Part shown: piece by piece, positions 19,136 to 28,379 of the stretch
How positions within the stretch are numbered: the stretch's first letter is position 1
How the letters are laid out: each line of letters opens with the position of its first letter
Program-made: the position numbers and the translations under genes
The notes under the pieces: model-generated
The model's input: the letters and a program-made list of their open reading frames with translations, nothing else
Databases searched by the model: none
Told to the model about the DNA's origin: nothing
Assembly (NCBI GenBank): GCA_965662235.1
Contig: CBFIGY010000026.1
Coordinates: 1 to 40,603 of the forward strand
Origin: an uncultured bacterium
GTDB taxonomy: Bacteria; SAR324; NAC60-12
Direction of reading: 5' to 3'
Length of the DNA: 40,603 nt

Positions 19136-20059
19136 ATGCGCCAGGCGCTGATCAACTTTCGGGCGAATCCGGACCTCTCCGGCATTGCCCTCTCCCTCCT
19201 TGCCTACCTGCTCTTCAGCTCTGGAGACGCGGCCCTGAAGTTCCTCACCCCTCACTACCCGGTGCATCAGATCATCTTCATCAACGCCAGCCTGATGACA
19301 GGCTTCACGCTGCTGGTGTGTGCCCTGACGCGACGGTTTGCCGAGCTCCGGACCCAGCGTCTGAAGCTGCACCTCGTCCGAGGACTCGTGGGCCTCTCTG
19401 GCGCCTTTGGGGCCGTGTATGCGTTTTCGGAGCTGCCCCTGGCTCAGGCGTACACGCTGTTCTTCATTGCGCCCTTCATCACCGTGGCGCTCTCTCGGAT
19501 TTGGCTCAAGGAGGCGGTGCCTCGGCAGGTGTGGGGCTGGATTGCCTTGGGATTTGTGGGGGTCATCCTCAGCCTGCGTCCGGGAACTGACGGTCTGAGT
19601 TTGGCGGCATTGGGAGCCGTGACCGTTGCGGTTGCTCATTCCACCAGCAACCTGCTGGTCCGGCGGATGGCCGGCGAATCACCATTTGTCCTGGTGCTCG
19701 GAAGCCTCACGGTCGGTGTCGTCGTCACCGGATCCCTAACCGCTTACCAAAGTAATCCTTTCCTTCCGGAACTGCTGCCCTGGAACCTGATTGCGGCCTT
19801 GCTTTCTATCGGCGCGATCTTTAGCATCACCTTTGCCTATCGTTTGGCACAGGCTTCCCTGTTGGGAGGCTTTCAGTACAGCCAACTGCTTTGGGGAATG
19901 CTGCTGGGCTACCTCATTTGGGGAGACTGGCCCGACCTCATGACCTTGCTGGGCGCGGCCGTGATTGTTTCCAGTGGCCTGGCCGTCCTGCGTCTGGTCA
20001 CCCGTCGGCCGGCCCCGGCCCCTGCAGCGCTGGAAAACGAACGTCTGCCCTCAACCTAA
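19136..20059 (+). CDS. DMT/EamA family transporter
   Basis: About 10 TM helices in two EamA repeats (APFITVALSRIWLKE; FQYSQLLWGMLLGYLIWGDWP). Confidence 0.88.
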   Translation: MRQALINFRANPDLSGIALSLLAYLLFSSGDAALKFLTPHYPVHQIIFINASLMTGFTLLVCALTRRFAELRTQRLKLHLVRGLVGLSGAFGAVYAFSELPLAQAYTLFFIAPFITVALSRIWLKEAVPRQVWGWIALGFVGVILSLRPGTDGLSLAALGAVTVAVAHSTSNLLVRRMAGESPFVLVLGSLTVGVVVTGSLTAYQSNPFLPELLPWNLIAALLSIGAIFSITFAYRLAQASLLGGFQYSQLLWGMLLGYLIWGDWPDLMTLLGAAVIVSSGLAVLRLVTRRPAPAPAALENERLPST

Positions 20060-20068
20060 ACAACGCCT

Positions 20069-20407
20069 ATGGCACGCTCCGTTATCATCACAGGACCTCT
20101 GCTGATCCTCAGCGAGGCCTTTCATGGCAAGCAGCCGATTCACATTGAAACCGAGTGCCGCAACGCCTTCTTTCGCTTTCCCATCCGGAACCCTCAGGAC
20201 CTGGAACGCCTCCGAGCCCAGTACCAAAAAGGCGAGGTGGACCTCCGGGCCTTTGAATTTCGCGATGCCGAGTGTCAGGATGGAGAGGCTGGCCTCTTCA
20301 CCGTGGAAGGGCAGCCTCTGACGGTGAAGCACCCGGAACGGATCAAGGACGAAGAAGTGATCATGCTCGTCAATCTGGAACGAGCCGAATTGTTAATTGA
20401 GGACTGA
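20069..20407 (+). CDS. Hypothetical protein
   Basis: 112-aa ORF with genome-typical codon usage, 9 nt after the DMT stop. No family recognised. Confidence 0.65.
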   Translation: MARSVIITGPLLILSEAFHGKQPIHIETECRNAFFRFPIRNPQDLERLRAQYQKGEVDLRAFEFRDAECQDGEAGLFTVEGQPLTVKHPERIKDEEVIMLVNLERAELLIED

Positions 20408-20414
20408 GGAGACG

Positions 20415-20510
20415 ATGTTCAACCCCAATGAGCTGGAGGAACTGAGGCGGGAGCGCGAAGCAGAAGAGGCGGAACGGGAGCCGGAAGATTCCGACTCCGG
20501 AACCGCTTAA
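20415..20510 (+). CDS. Small acidic protein (31 aa), not in ORF track
   Basis: GAGGAG-N3-ATG. MFNPNELEELRREREAEEAEREPEDSDSGTA* exactly fills the gap to the convergent ODP gene. Confidence 0.5.
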   Translation: MFNPNELEELRREREAEEAEREPEDSDSGTA

Positions 20511-20513
20511 GCC

Positions 20514-21248
20514 CTACCAGATCCCCACCTCCAGGCTTTCCAGCCAGTCCAAGAAGCGCGGGACGTCATCTCCTTGGAAGATGGCCCCGTGCTGCGGACA
20601 GATCATCTTCGGGTTCAGTGGCCGAACCCGGTCCACCCACCCCCGAAGCGCCGTTGTCGACGGCATCCAGCGCTTGTGAAAACCCTCCATGAAGCGGATG
20701 TGCTGCTGAAAGTCCTCCACCATCATTCCAGCCTCAGCATTGGGCAGCAGCGCCGCACCAATGTCTCCTGAAAAGAGGATCCCAGACAGGTCATCGTAGA
20801 AGGAAAAGTTCCCAGAAGCATGGCAGTAGTGAGCCGGAATCGCCTGCAGGCTCGTGCTTCCCAGCGGCAAGGGCCCCCCTTCATCCGGAATCGGCAGCAG
20901 CTTGATGTCGGCATCCATGCCAAAGTGAGTAATGAACCCCGTCCACAGCCACGAGCAGTACACCTCAGCCTTCGGACACAGGTCCAGCCACAGCGCCAGT
21001 GCCGAGCCAATGTCCGGATCCTGGTGGCTCAGGCCAATGGTCTGAATCGACTGGGGCGGCAGGTACCGGGTCAGCTCAGCCAGCACCTTCGGAAAGATCT
21101 TCACGCCTCCCGGATCCAGCAGCAGGGCGGAATCCCCATGCGTGATGACAAACTCATTGGTGTCAATCACCGAATCCGGTTTGCTCGGATCCCGTCCCAT
21201 GGCAATCCAGCGGTGGTCACGTTCCTGAAAGATCACTTCACTTTTCAT
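20514..21248 (-). CDS. Oxygen-binding di-iron protein (ODP), MBL fold
   Basis: IDTNE, LLDPGG, SHQDPD, AHYCH, SGDIG, GFHKRWMP, PQHG. Directly downstream of a chemoreceptor gene. Confidence 0.85.
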   Translation of the reverse strand: MKSEVIFQERDHRWIAMGRDPSKPDSVIDTNEFVITHGDSALLLDPGGVKIFPKVLAELTRYLPPQSIQTIGLSHQDPDIGSALALWLDLCPKAEVYCSWLWTGFITHFGMDADIKLLPIPDEGGPLPLGSTSLQAIPAHYCHASGNFSFYDDLSGILFSGDIGAALLPNAEAGMMVEDFQQHIRFMEGFHKRWMPSTTALRGWVDRVRPLNPKMICPQHGAIFQGDDVPRFLDWLESLEVGIW

Positions 21249-21263
21249 TAACTCCTCGCGGGT

Positions 21264-22850
21264 TTAGAAATGGGTCAGTAGGTTACGGTCTGAGGTCGTC
21301 TTCTGGGAAGGAAGCGGTTCCTTGGGATTGAGCCGGATGTGCTGGGAAATCTCACTCAGCAGTCCCTTCAGGCTCTGGGCCTGGTCCTTGAGAACCGAAG
21401 CTGAGCCGGCAATTTCCTCAGCGTTGGAAGCGTTGCTCTGGGTCACAACGTCCAGCTCATAAAGCGCCCGGCTGGCCTGAGTGGTGCCTTCAGCCTGCTC
21501 ACCAGAGGCCCGGTTGATGTCTCCAATCATCGTCTCAATCTCCCGGACCGCTGAGCTCTGCTTCTTTGAGGAGTTCACAATGATGTCAGCCAGCTCAGCA
21601 GTGGTTTTGGCCTTGTTCAGGAACTCCTGCAGGGCCTGGTCGCCCTGACGGGACAGGTCGCTGGCAACGCTGGCCTGATCAACGTTTTCGCTGACCAGGC
21701 TGGCAATTTCCTTGGCCGCCTGCCGTGACGACTCTGCAAGCTTTGACACCTCATCGGCCACCACCGCAAACCCCTTTCCATACTCTCCGGCCCGGGCCGC
21801 CTCGATGGCGGCATTGGTGGAGAGCATCTTGGTCTGGCTGCTGATTTCATTGATCAATTCCAGGATTCCGGAAATCTTGTGGCTGCTGGAAATCAGCACC
21901 GTCATCGCCTCCATCAGGTTCTGAGTCACCTTAACGCCTCCGGCAGCGACCTCTTCTGAATCATGCGCAATGTGGGTGGCGGTCTGGGCGTTGTGCGCGG
22001 CCTGCTTGGTAGTGGTCGCCACCAGGGCCATGGTGCTGACAGAATCCGCAGCCCGCTGCGAATTGAGGCGAGCCTGATCGGCAAGCTGACGCACCCGGTG
22101 TGAGATTTCCTCAAGGCTCGCTGACTGTTCCGTGGAACTCTCGGCTAGGCGTTGAGAGCTGATGGTGAAGTGCTCAGACGAATCATTGAGCTCCTCAAAC
22201 GTTGTCTCCAGGTGAATGAGGAGCCTCCGGAGGAGCCGATCCAGCGTCTGGTCCAGCACCCAGAACACCACCAGCAGCACCGCAATCAGGCCGCCAAAGA
22301 CTGAAAGCACCAGCCCCAAGCGCTGTTCCTGATTTCCCTTGAGGATCCCGGCACGCTGCGCCTGGGTTTGCTCCAGCACACGAGCCAAAGTGTCTAGGTG
22401 CTGAGAGAGTGCGGTGGGGTTCAACCGTGCCGGGGGCGTCCCTTGCGGGTCCTTCCAGTATTCCTGGACCTGGGGGAAGGCTGCTCGGTAGCGGGCCAGC
22501 TCCTTCTCCAGCGCCAAGAGGGCCTCACGCTCCGGGGGCTCCAGAGGCAGCGTCAGGTACTGCTGAATCAGCTGCTGCACCTCCGTATCGGCCTGCTGAA
22601 AGCGTCCGACTTCCTGAGCCTCTCCCCACGCCTGGTAGGTCTTGAACGCGTCCAGCAGTCCTCCCGGACCCAGCTGTGCCTGCAGTTTCTGAAAGTGCCG
22701 CTGCCGCTCCAGGAAATTCTGTTCAGAGGTCAGGAACGCTTGGGCGTTGCTTTGAACCTGTACCGACAGGAACACGCCACTGCCTGCCAGCAACCCGACC
22801 ATGAGGGCCAGGATCAGCAGCAGCTTGGTACGAATGGTGAGTGGTTTCAT
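21264..22850 (-). CDS. Methyl-accepting chemotaxis protein
   Basis: Two TM helices flanking a helical periplasmic domain, [42 protein letters not shown]. Confidence 0.9.
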   Translation of the reverse strand: MKPLTIRTKLLLILALMVGLLAGSGVFLSVQVQSNAQAFLTSEQNFLERQRHFQKLQAQLGPGGLLDAFKTYQAWGEAQEVGRFQQADTEVQQLIQQYLTLPLEPPEREALLALEKELARYRAAFPQVQEYWKDPQGTPPARLNPTALSQHLDTLARVLEQTQAQRAGILKGNQEQRLGLVLSVFGGLIAVLLVVFWVLDQTLDRLLRRLLIHLETTFEELNDSSEHFTISSQRLAESSTEQSASLEEISHRVRQLADQARLNSQRAADSVSTMALVATTTKQAAHNAQTATHIAHDSEEVAAGGVKVTQNLMEAMTVLISSSHKISGILELINEISSQTKMLSTNAAIEAARAGEYGKGFAVVADEVSKLAESSRQAAKEIASLVSENVDQASVASDLSRQGDQALQEFLNKAKTTAELADIIVNSSKKQSSAVREIETMIGDINRASGEQAEGTTQASRALYELDVVTQSNASNAEEIAGSASVLKDQAQSLKGLLSEISQHIRLNPKEPLPSQKTTSDRNLLTHF

Positions 22851-22927
22851 GAGGCTGGATTCTTGGGCAGGGGTGCAAAAACAAACAGAGCAAAACTAGC
22901 TTTTCTTCATGAAAGCTCAAGTAAAAG

Positions 22928-24610
22928 TCACGGACGCTCCGGGTTCGGTGGAGAACTGCTGGCGCCCGGTTGGTTGGGAATCCGGTAAATCAGGAAGTTC
23001 CGGACCAGCCGGTCCTCCCGCTTCTGCACAATCTCCCCCCAGTACTCTAGGGAGCGGCCCAGCTCCGCCTCTGCCTTCTCCAACGTTTCCTGACACTCCC
23101 AGAGGTCACAGACAAACACGCTGCGGCGTGACAGCACCTCTGCTCGGGGGCTCCACTGGTTGCGCTCAGGTTTCTCCAGGCTGTGAGGCCACGGACGAGG
23201 ACGTTGCGGAACCCAGTAGGCCAACGCGCTGCTGATCTGATACTCCCGAGACACAATGTAGTCAACACTCTCCCAGCCGTGCTGCTGGAGGATCGCCTGG
23301 AGCTGAGCCCCAGTCTCCGGCCAGTCCAGGAAACTGGTGAAGCGGTCGCCAATGCTGTCCTGAGCCACCCGGAGGAGGAGCGGTCCCCACTGCTGATAGT
23401 CCTCGGGACGGAGCCACTCCTGCAGCTTGGCCTCATACGCCGGTTTGCTGTAGTAGCGTCCGCGGTGCTGCTGCAGGGTTTCCTGCACCGACTCCGGAAC
23501 CCCTTGCTGCTCCAGGTAACGGAAGTTCTTCAGCTCAAAGGGCGCCCAGTCGTAGAGAGGATGCAGGGTGTGCCGAACCAGAAGGGTGACGCTGAGGACG
23601 TTCAGAGCAAGCCCGGCCACAACCAGTTTCTTGCGATGAGGTCGCAGGCATCCGGACGCCAACTCCCGTCCCAGCAGCATCGCCAGCCCTAGGTAGGCGA
23701 GGTTCGCCCAGTGCGGATCGGCAATGGAGCCCTTGAGGCTCATCAGGGTGAAGAAGACCAGCGGAAAGAGGGAAAGCAGGGCAATGGCGCTTTCTGGACT
23801 GCGTCCGTCCCGGAGGCGCTCACGGAGCTTGAGCAGCACCCACACTCCGGCGGCAAACCAGATCGGTGAAAACAGCAGCCAGTGTCCCACTGTGAAGTCG
23901 AGGGTGTTTTCCCCAAAGTCGGCGCCGGAGGTGCCACGGGACAGCTGCCAGCGGAAGGAGATCCAGTCATTCTGGGCATTCCACCAAAGCACCGGCGTAA
24001 AGATCAGCAGCGAAAGCGCGCCTGCGGCATAAATGCGCCAGTTGAGCCACTGCGACCGCTGCTCACGGTACACCAGGAAGTGCAGCATCATCCCCAGGTA
24101 GAAGAGGATCATGATGTACTTGGAAAGGGCCCCCAGCCCTGCTGCCACACCAATGCCCCACAGCCACCGGACGTCCCGCGTCTGCTGCCACTGGATCCAG
24201 CAGAACAGGGCCCCCAGCCACGACAGCATGAACGGCTGAGTGATGTGCAAGAAGATGCTCCCCACCGTGAAGTAGGGCATGCCGCAGAGCACCAGCAGCG
24301 TTCCCAACCCCGCCTCAGGGCCAAAGGCGTGACGGGCAATGCCATAAGCCCCTGCCAGCACCAACAGGTTCACCAGCTGTGCTCCCACCTCAAGGCCCAG
24401 CTCCGCGTCTCCCAGCAGCAACGTGAGCCCCCGGAAGAGCACCGCAATCATCGGCGGGTGCTCGTAGTAGGAGAAGGAAAGGAACTGCCCCCAGATCCAG
24501 TGATCCACCATGTCCGGATGCGGGTTGAGGAGCAGGTTCACTCCCAGGAAGATCACAAAGTGGAGCCCAAAGAGGCCCCACGTCCAGAGGGACAGACGAG
24601 GCAAGGTCAA
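22928..24610 (-). CDS. ArnT/PMT-like (GT39/GT83) membrane glycosyltransferase
   Basis: HWIWGQFLSFSYYEHPPM, GLGALSKY, PVLWWNAQNDWISFRWQ. TTG start. Confidence 0.82.
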   Translation of the reverse strand: MTLPRLSLWTWGLFGLHFVIFLGVNLLLNPHPDMVDHWIWGQFLSFSYYEHPPMIAVLFRGLTLLLGDAELGLEVGAQLVNLLVLAGAYGIARHAFGPEAGLGTLLVLCGMPYFTVGSIFLHITQPFMLSWLGALFCWIQWQQTRDVRWLWGIGVAAGLGALSKYIMILFYLGMMLHFLVYREQRSQWLNWRIYAAGALSLLIFTPVLWWNAQNDWISFRWQLSRGTSGADFGENTLDFTVGHWLLFSPIWFAAGVWVLLKLRERLRDGRSPESAIALLSLFPLVFFTLMSLKGSIADPHWANLAYLGLAMLLGRELASGCLRPHRKKLVVAGLALNVLSVTLLVRHTLHPLYDWAPFELKNFRYLEQQGVPESVQETLQQHRGRYYSKPAYEAKLQEWLRPEDYQQWGPLLLRVAQDSIGDRFTSFLDWPETGAQLQAILQQHGWESVDYIVSREYQISSALAYWVPQRPRPWPHSLEKPERNQWSPRAEVLSRRSVFVCDLWECQETLEKAEAELGRSLEYWGEIVQKREDRLVRNFLIYRIPNQPGASSSPPNPERP

Positions 24611-24654
24611 GGAGGGGTCAGGAGGGAAGCTTCAGCAAACAATCCGTTGAGGGA

Positions 24655-25674
24655 TCAATCGATGTAGTAGTTGAAGACGATGGGCGTGTCCTCGCGCTCA
24701 ACCTTGAGGGCGATTTCCCGCTCCGCCTGCAGGGTTTCCATCAATTTTAATGCCTTCGGCAAGGAGTCGATGACAAAACCGTTCACTTCCAGGATGACAT
24801 CGTTGGTTTTGAGCCCCAGTTGCTCATAGAGGCTGCCCTTCTTGATGTACTTGAACATGAAGCGCGGGGGCTCAGTCTCAGTGGCCACCACCCGGGCGTC
24901 CATGAGGATCTGGTTGAAGTTCGCCAGCTGCTCATCCACCCAGGAGCGGGTGAAGTTGAACGTCGTCTGCCCTTCTGAAGCCGGCGGGGGCTTTTCCGAG
25001 GAGGCGGCGGGGGGCGGAGGCTTGGGCAGGGCAGGTTTGGAGCTCGCTGGTGGAACCACCAACGCCGTTGTCTGCGGCGCCTTCTGCGAACGGGTTTCGG
25101 TGTTGGAAGGAGCGGTCCCTTCTGCTTCCTCCATCAGCAGCCGCTGCTTCTGGTCCCGGAACACCAGCACCACCTCGCGGTCCATGACCTCAAGAACCTG
25201 GACGGTTCCGGGGGTACAGATGGATGGCGCCACGGTGTTTGGGTCAAAGCACTCCCCCAGCTCAAAGATGCGGTAGTTGCCCAGTTGGTTCCGGGGGCTG
25301 ATGAAGGCAAAGGCGTTCCGGGGACCAAAGATCATGGTTCCCGTCAGGGCAACATTCAGGTTGGTCCGGGGAAGGGCTTGTGATTCCGTCGGTTGCTCCT
25401 GCTGCACCACCACAGGCGGCGGGGGCGGCAGCGGAGCCTCCTGCTTCTGCGCCCGGAAGACGTTCTGGTCCAAAATGGGGGCAAAGGCCTGCTGCCCCTT
25501 CCCACGGTCTTCCGGAGGCGGAGCTGGTTTCAGGGTTTGCACCGGAGCCGGTTGGGGCAGCTTCAGGGTTTGCTGCCGAATCCACTCGGCCCCCAGCGTT
25601 CCCACCCCAACGGCCACCGCAAGGGCCAGGGCGCTGTTTCCCAGTTGAATCCAGATTCCGGCGTCTAAGCGCAT
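24655..25674 (-). CDS. Type II secretion GspC-like protein (TM-HR-PDZ)
   Basis: N-terminal TM, TNLNVALTGT HR domain, Pro-rich linkers, PDZ (GSLYEQLGLKTNDVILEVNG). Start at MRLDAG (25674). Confidence 0.78.
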   Translation of the reverse strand: MRLDAGIWIQLGNSALALAVAVGVGTLGAEWIRQQTLKLPQPAPVQTLKPAPPPEDRGKGQQAFAPILDQNVFRAQKQEAPLPPPPPVVVQQEQPTESQALPRTNLNVALTGTMIFGPRNAFAFISPRNQLGNYRIFELGECFDPNTVAPSICTPGTVQVLEVMDREVVLVFRDQKQRLLMEEAEGTAPSNTETRSQKAPQTTALVVPPASSKPALPKPPPPAASSEKPPPASEGQTTFNFTRSWVDEQLANFNQILMDARVVATETEPPRFMFKYIKKGSLYEQLGLKTNDVILEVNGFVIDSLPKALKLMETLQAEREIALKVEREDTPIVFNYYID

Positions 25675-25676
25675 GA

Positions 25677-26096
25677 TCACTCTGCAGGGTGTGGGGTGGT
25701 GAGCCAATCCACGGCAAACTGGGCCGCCAGTGCGTAGGCCCGCGGTCCCAAGCCCGCCAAGCAGCCCACGACCTGCGGACAGACGTTGGCGGGTCCGGAA
25801 CCCGCTTCTGCAGAAGGGCGGTCTTGAATCTCAAAGACGGGAAAGCCCAACGTCTCTAGCTCGGTGCACAGGCGTCCGCCCGGGTGCCCCAGCTGCCCAA
25901 GGTTGGCAATGACAAACGAAGCCCCGCGCTGCGCATGCAGCCAGTCGATCAACGGCGCCTCGGTTTCAGCATACATGCCCTCACAGGTCACCGGCTTTCC
26001 TGCCAGGACCTCCTGAACCCGGGCTTCATGCTCGGCAAAATCCACGGGGCTCCCTGACTGTGGAGGTCCCTGAAGCAGGAGAAGGGTGTGGGGCAT
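25677..26096 (-). CDS. Degenerate type II 3-dehydroquinate dehydratase-like protein
   Basis: Length and pattern match AroQ (LLLLQGP; EAPLIDWLH; VIAN; PVFEI; GCLAGLGPRAYALA), but catalytic motifs are missing. Confidence 0.65.
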   Translation of the reverse strand: MPHTLLLLQGPPQSGSPVDFAEHEARVQEVLAGKPVTCEGMYAETEAPLIDWLHAQRGASFVIANLGQLGHPGGRLCTELETLGFPVFEIQDRPSAEAGSGPANVCPQVVGCLAGLGPRAYALAAQFAVDWLTTPHPAE

Positions 26097-26180
26097 CAAT
26101 GAGAAACCGTGCGTGCGTGGGCAAAACCGCTATTCTTCAAGAAACCGGAGTCGGGTACAAGCTGAACCCGCGTGCTAGGA

Positions 26181-27965
26181 TTAGGCAGTCGGATCCGGGA
26201 GGGCCTCTAGGGTGCTCAGGGCCTGTGAAAGGGACTCTTCCTGGCCCGGCGGCAAGAGGATGATCTCCAACCCGGCCTCCCACACACGTTCCTCTCGGCG
26301 CCGGGACCAAACCACCCGGCACATCGGCTGGCAGATCAGGTGGTCAAACGGAGCCCCCAGCCCTGCTTGGGCAAACTCAAAGGTCACCGAAAGAACGGCC
26401 TCCAGCTTCAGGGGACGCTTCAGCTCAATCTTCATTCCGGAGAGGGAGATGTCCACCAGCTGCGCGTTCAGGGTGCTCGAAGTCGCCGTCTGCTTCATCA
26501 GGAGGGGCACCGGAAGCGCGTAACGGGCGTTCTGTCGCCAGATCGTCCGGTCCACCAGCTGGTCCGACTCATACACCACGCCATTCCACTGCGGATCCCG
26601 TGGGGGGTACTTCTGAAAGTACCGGCAGCGCTTGAGGTACTCCAGCGTCACCACGTCTTCCGGGAAGACCTGTAGGCAGTCGTAGATTTCCTGCAGCGCC
26701 TCTTCAAAGCGCCGTTGCTTGTAAAACGCAATGGCCCGACCCAGAGGCGCCAGGGCCTGAAGCTTTTGCTCCCGGAGCGCCGGGGGCGCCGTGTTGAAGA
26801 CCTCATAAATGGTCACCGGCACCTGCTTGCCCCGGATGGGAACGGTGTCAATTTCCCGGATGAGGTAGGCTGAGGGGTCAATCTGAGCATAGGTTGACTC
26901 AGAGATCAGGATGTCGGCCTGGTACTTCTTTGTCAGCCCCTGCAGCCGCGACGCCAGGTTGACGTGATCTCCAATCACCGTCGGATTCATGCGGTGCTCC
27001 GACCCCAGCATGCCGGCCATCACGGCACCGGTGTTGAGGCCAATGCCAAAGTGCGTCTGCTTCTCGGGAGGAAGGGACTCGTTGTGCTGCTGAATCGTCT
27101 CCTGCATCTGAATGGCCGCCTGCAGAGCTCCGTTCGGGTGCAGCCCCTCCTCATCAAAAACGGCCATGATCTCATCGCCAATGAACTTGTCGATGTAGCC
27201 CAGGTTTTCCAAGATGGCCGGCTCCATGAGGTTGAAGAACTGGTTGAGGAAGGAAAAGTTTTCGTAGGGGTTCATCTGCTCACTCCGCGCCGTGTAGGAG
27301 CGGATGTCGGCAAACATGACCGTGGCCTGCAGCTCCATGAAGTCATCCGGATTGGAATCCCCAGGAGACGGAATGACCATGCGGTTCAGCAGCGGCAGGT
27401 GCACAAAAAGCTTCAGGGTTCGGTTCAGGCGCTCCAGCTCCCCGGACGCCATCTCCATCTGCCACTTGGCGAGCCGCAGCTCTTCTGTCACCTCGTTGGC
27501 CCGTTCAGAGAGTTCCTGACGCTGCTGGTCGATCTCCTCCAGCTCTCGGCTGCTCTGCTCACTGAGCTGCTGGTAGTAGATGAGGTTGAGCAGGACCTCA
27601 ATGCGTTTGGTCAGGAGATCAGGCTGAACCGGCTGGCTGACGTAGTCGCTGCCGTGCAGAAGCGGATGCCGAACAAGGTCCGGATAATCCGCCTCTTCAA
27701 TCAGCAGCAGCAGGGGCGGACGAAGGACCTGTCGTTCCAGGGCGTCCACCAGCTCCAAAGAGGTGCCCCCGAAGGAGGCCAGATCAATGATGGTGAGGTC
27801 AGGAACCGGAGAAGGCGGAGCCTGCAGGAGCGCCGGGAGCGTGGCCACCTGCACTAGGTTGAGCTGCTGGTTCTGCTGAAGCAGGGTTTGGACCTCCTCC
27901 CAGATGGGGGTCTGTCCCAGCAGAAGGAGGTGGAGGTGATCGGGAAGCGGCAGTGATTCGGTCAT
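26181..27965 (-). CDS. Class III adenylate cyclase: pseudo-REC + coiled coil + cyclase + TPR-like + PilZ
   Basis: MFADIRSYT, DKFIGDEIMAVF, GIGLNTG, TVIGDHVNLASRLQ, IRGK. C-terminal RQNARY (RxxxR) and DISLSG (DxSxxG). Confidence 0.88.
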   Translation of the reverse strand: MTESLPLPDHLHLLLLGQTPIWEEVQTLLQQNQQLNLVQVATLPALLQAPPSPVPDLTIIDLASFGGTSLELVDALERQVLRPPLLLLIEEADYPDLVRHPLLHGSDYVSQPVQPDLLTKRIEVLLNLIYYQQLSEQSSRELEEIDQQRQELSERANEVTEELRLAKWQMEMASGELERLNRTLKLFVHLPLLNRMVIPSPGDSNPDDFMELQATVMFADIRSYTARSEQMNPYENFSFLNQFFNLMEPAILENLGYIDKFIGDEIMAVFDEEGLHPNGALQAAIQMQETIQQHNESLPPEKQTHFGIGLNTGAVMAGMLGSEHRMNPTVIGDHVNLASRLQGLTKKYQADILISESTYAQIDPSAYLIREIDTVPIRGKQVPVTIYEVFNTAPPALREQKLQALAPLGRAIAFYKQRRFEEALQEIYDCLQVFPEDVVTLEYLKRCRYFQKYPPRDPQWNGVVYESDQLVDRTIWRQNARYALPVPLLMKQTATSSTLNAQLVDISLSGMKIELKRPLKLEAVLSVTFEFAQAGLGAPFDHLICQPMCRVVWSRRREERVWEAGLEIILLPPGQEESLSQALSTLEALPDPTA

Positions 27966-28007
27966 GCGCGCCCCTCAGGGGAGAGGAGGCAGGAGGGGGT
28001 TCTCGAA

Positions 28008-28379
28008 TCAAGGATGAGGTTGCGGAGACTTGCGCCAGTACTGCAGCTCCTGTTCAATTTCTTCATCATCTCCCACATTGGCCTCCAGGAGGCTTCTCAG
28101 ATGAGTAAAGGCGTCCAGCTCCATCTCCACAAACTCAAAGCTCCAGGAGCCCTCTTGCTCACGGACGACCTGAGCCTTCAGCTCCAGGGTGACCACATCG
28201 GTCAGCGGGAGGCAGAGGCGGACAGAGGCGCCGGGGGTGAGAAACACCGGTTCCCGTGGACAGAGCCGGATCCCCTTGAGGGACAAATTGAGGATCTCGG
28301 CCTCAACCGGCTGATTCCCCCATTCCAGGAGGATGACCTTGGTGAACTGAATCCGCGTGAAGTGACGTTTTTCCGGCAT
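28008..28379 (-). CDS. Single-domain PilZ protein
   Basis: EKRHFTR (RxxxR), NLSLKG, AQVVR. AGGAG RBS. Confidence 0.88.
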   Translation of the reverse strand: MPEKRHFTRIQFTKVILLEWGNQPVEAEILNLSLKGIRLCPREPVFLTPGASVRLCLPLTDVVTLELKAQVVREQEGSWSFEFVEMELDAFTHLRSLLEANVGDDEEIEQELQYWRKSPQPHP

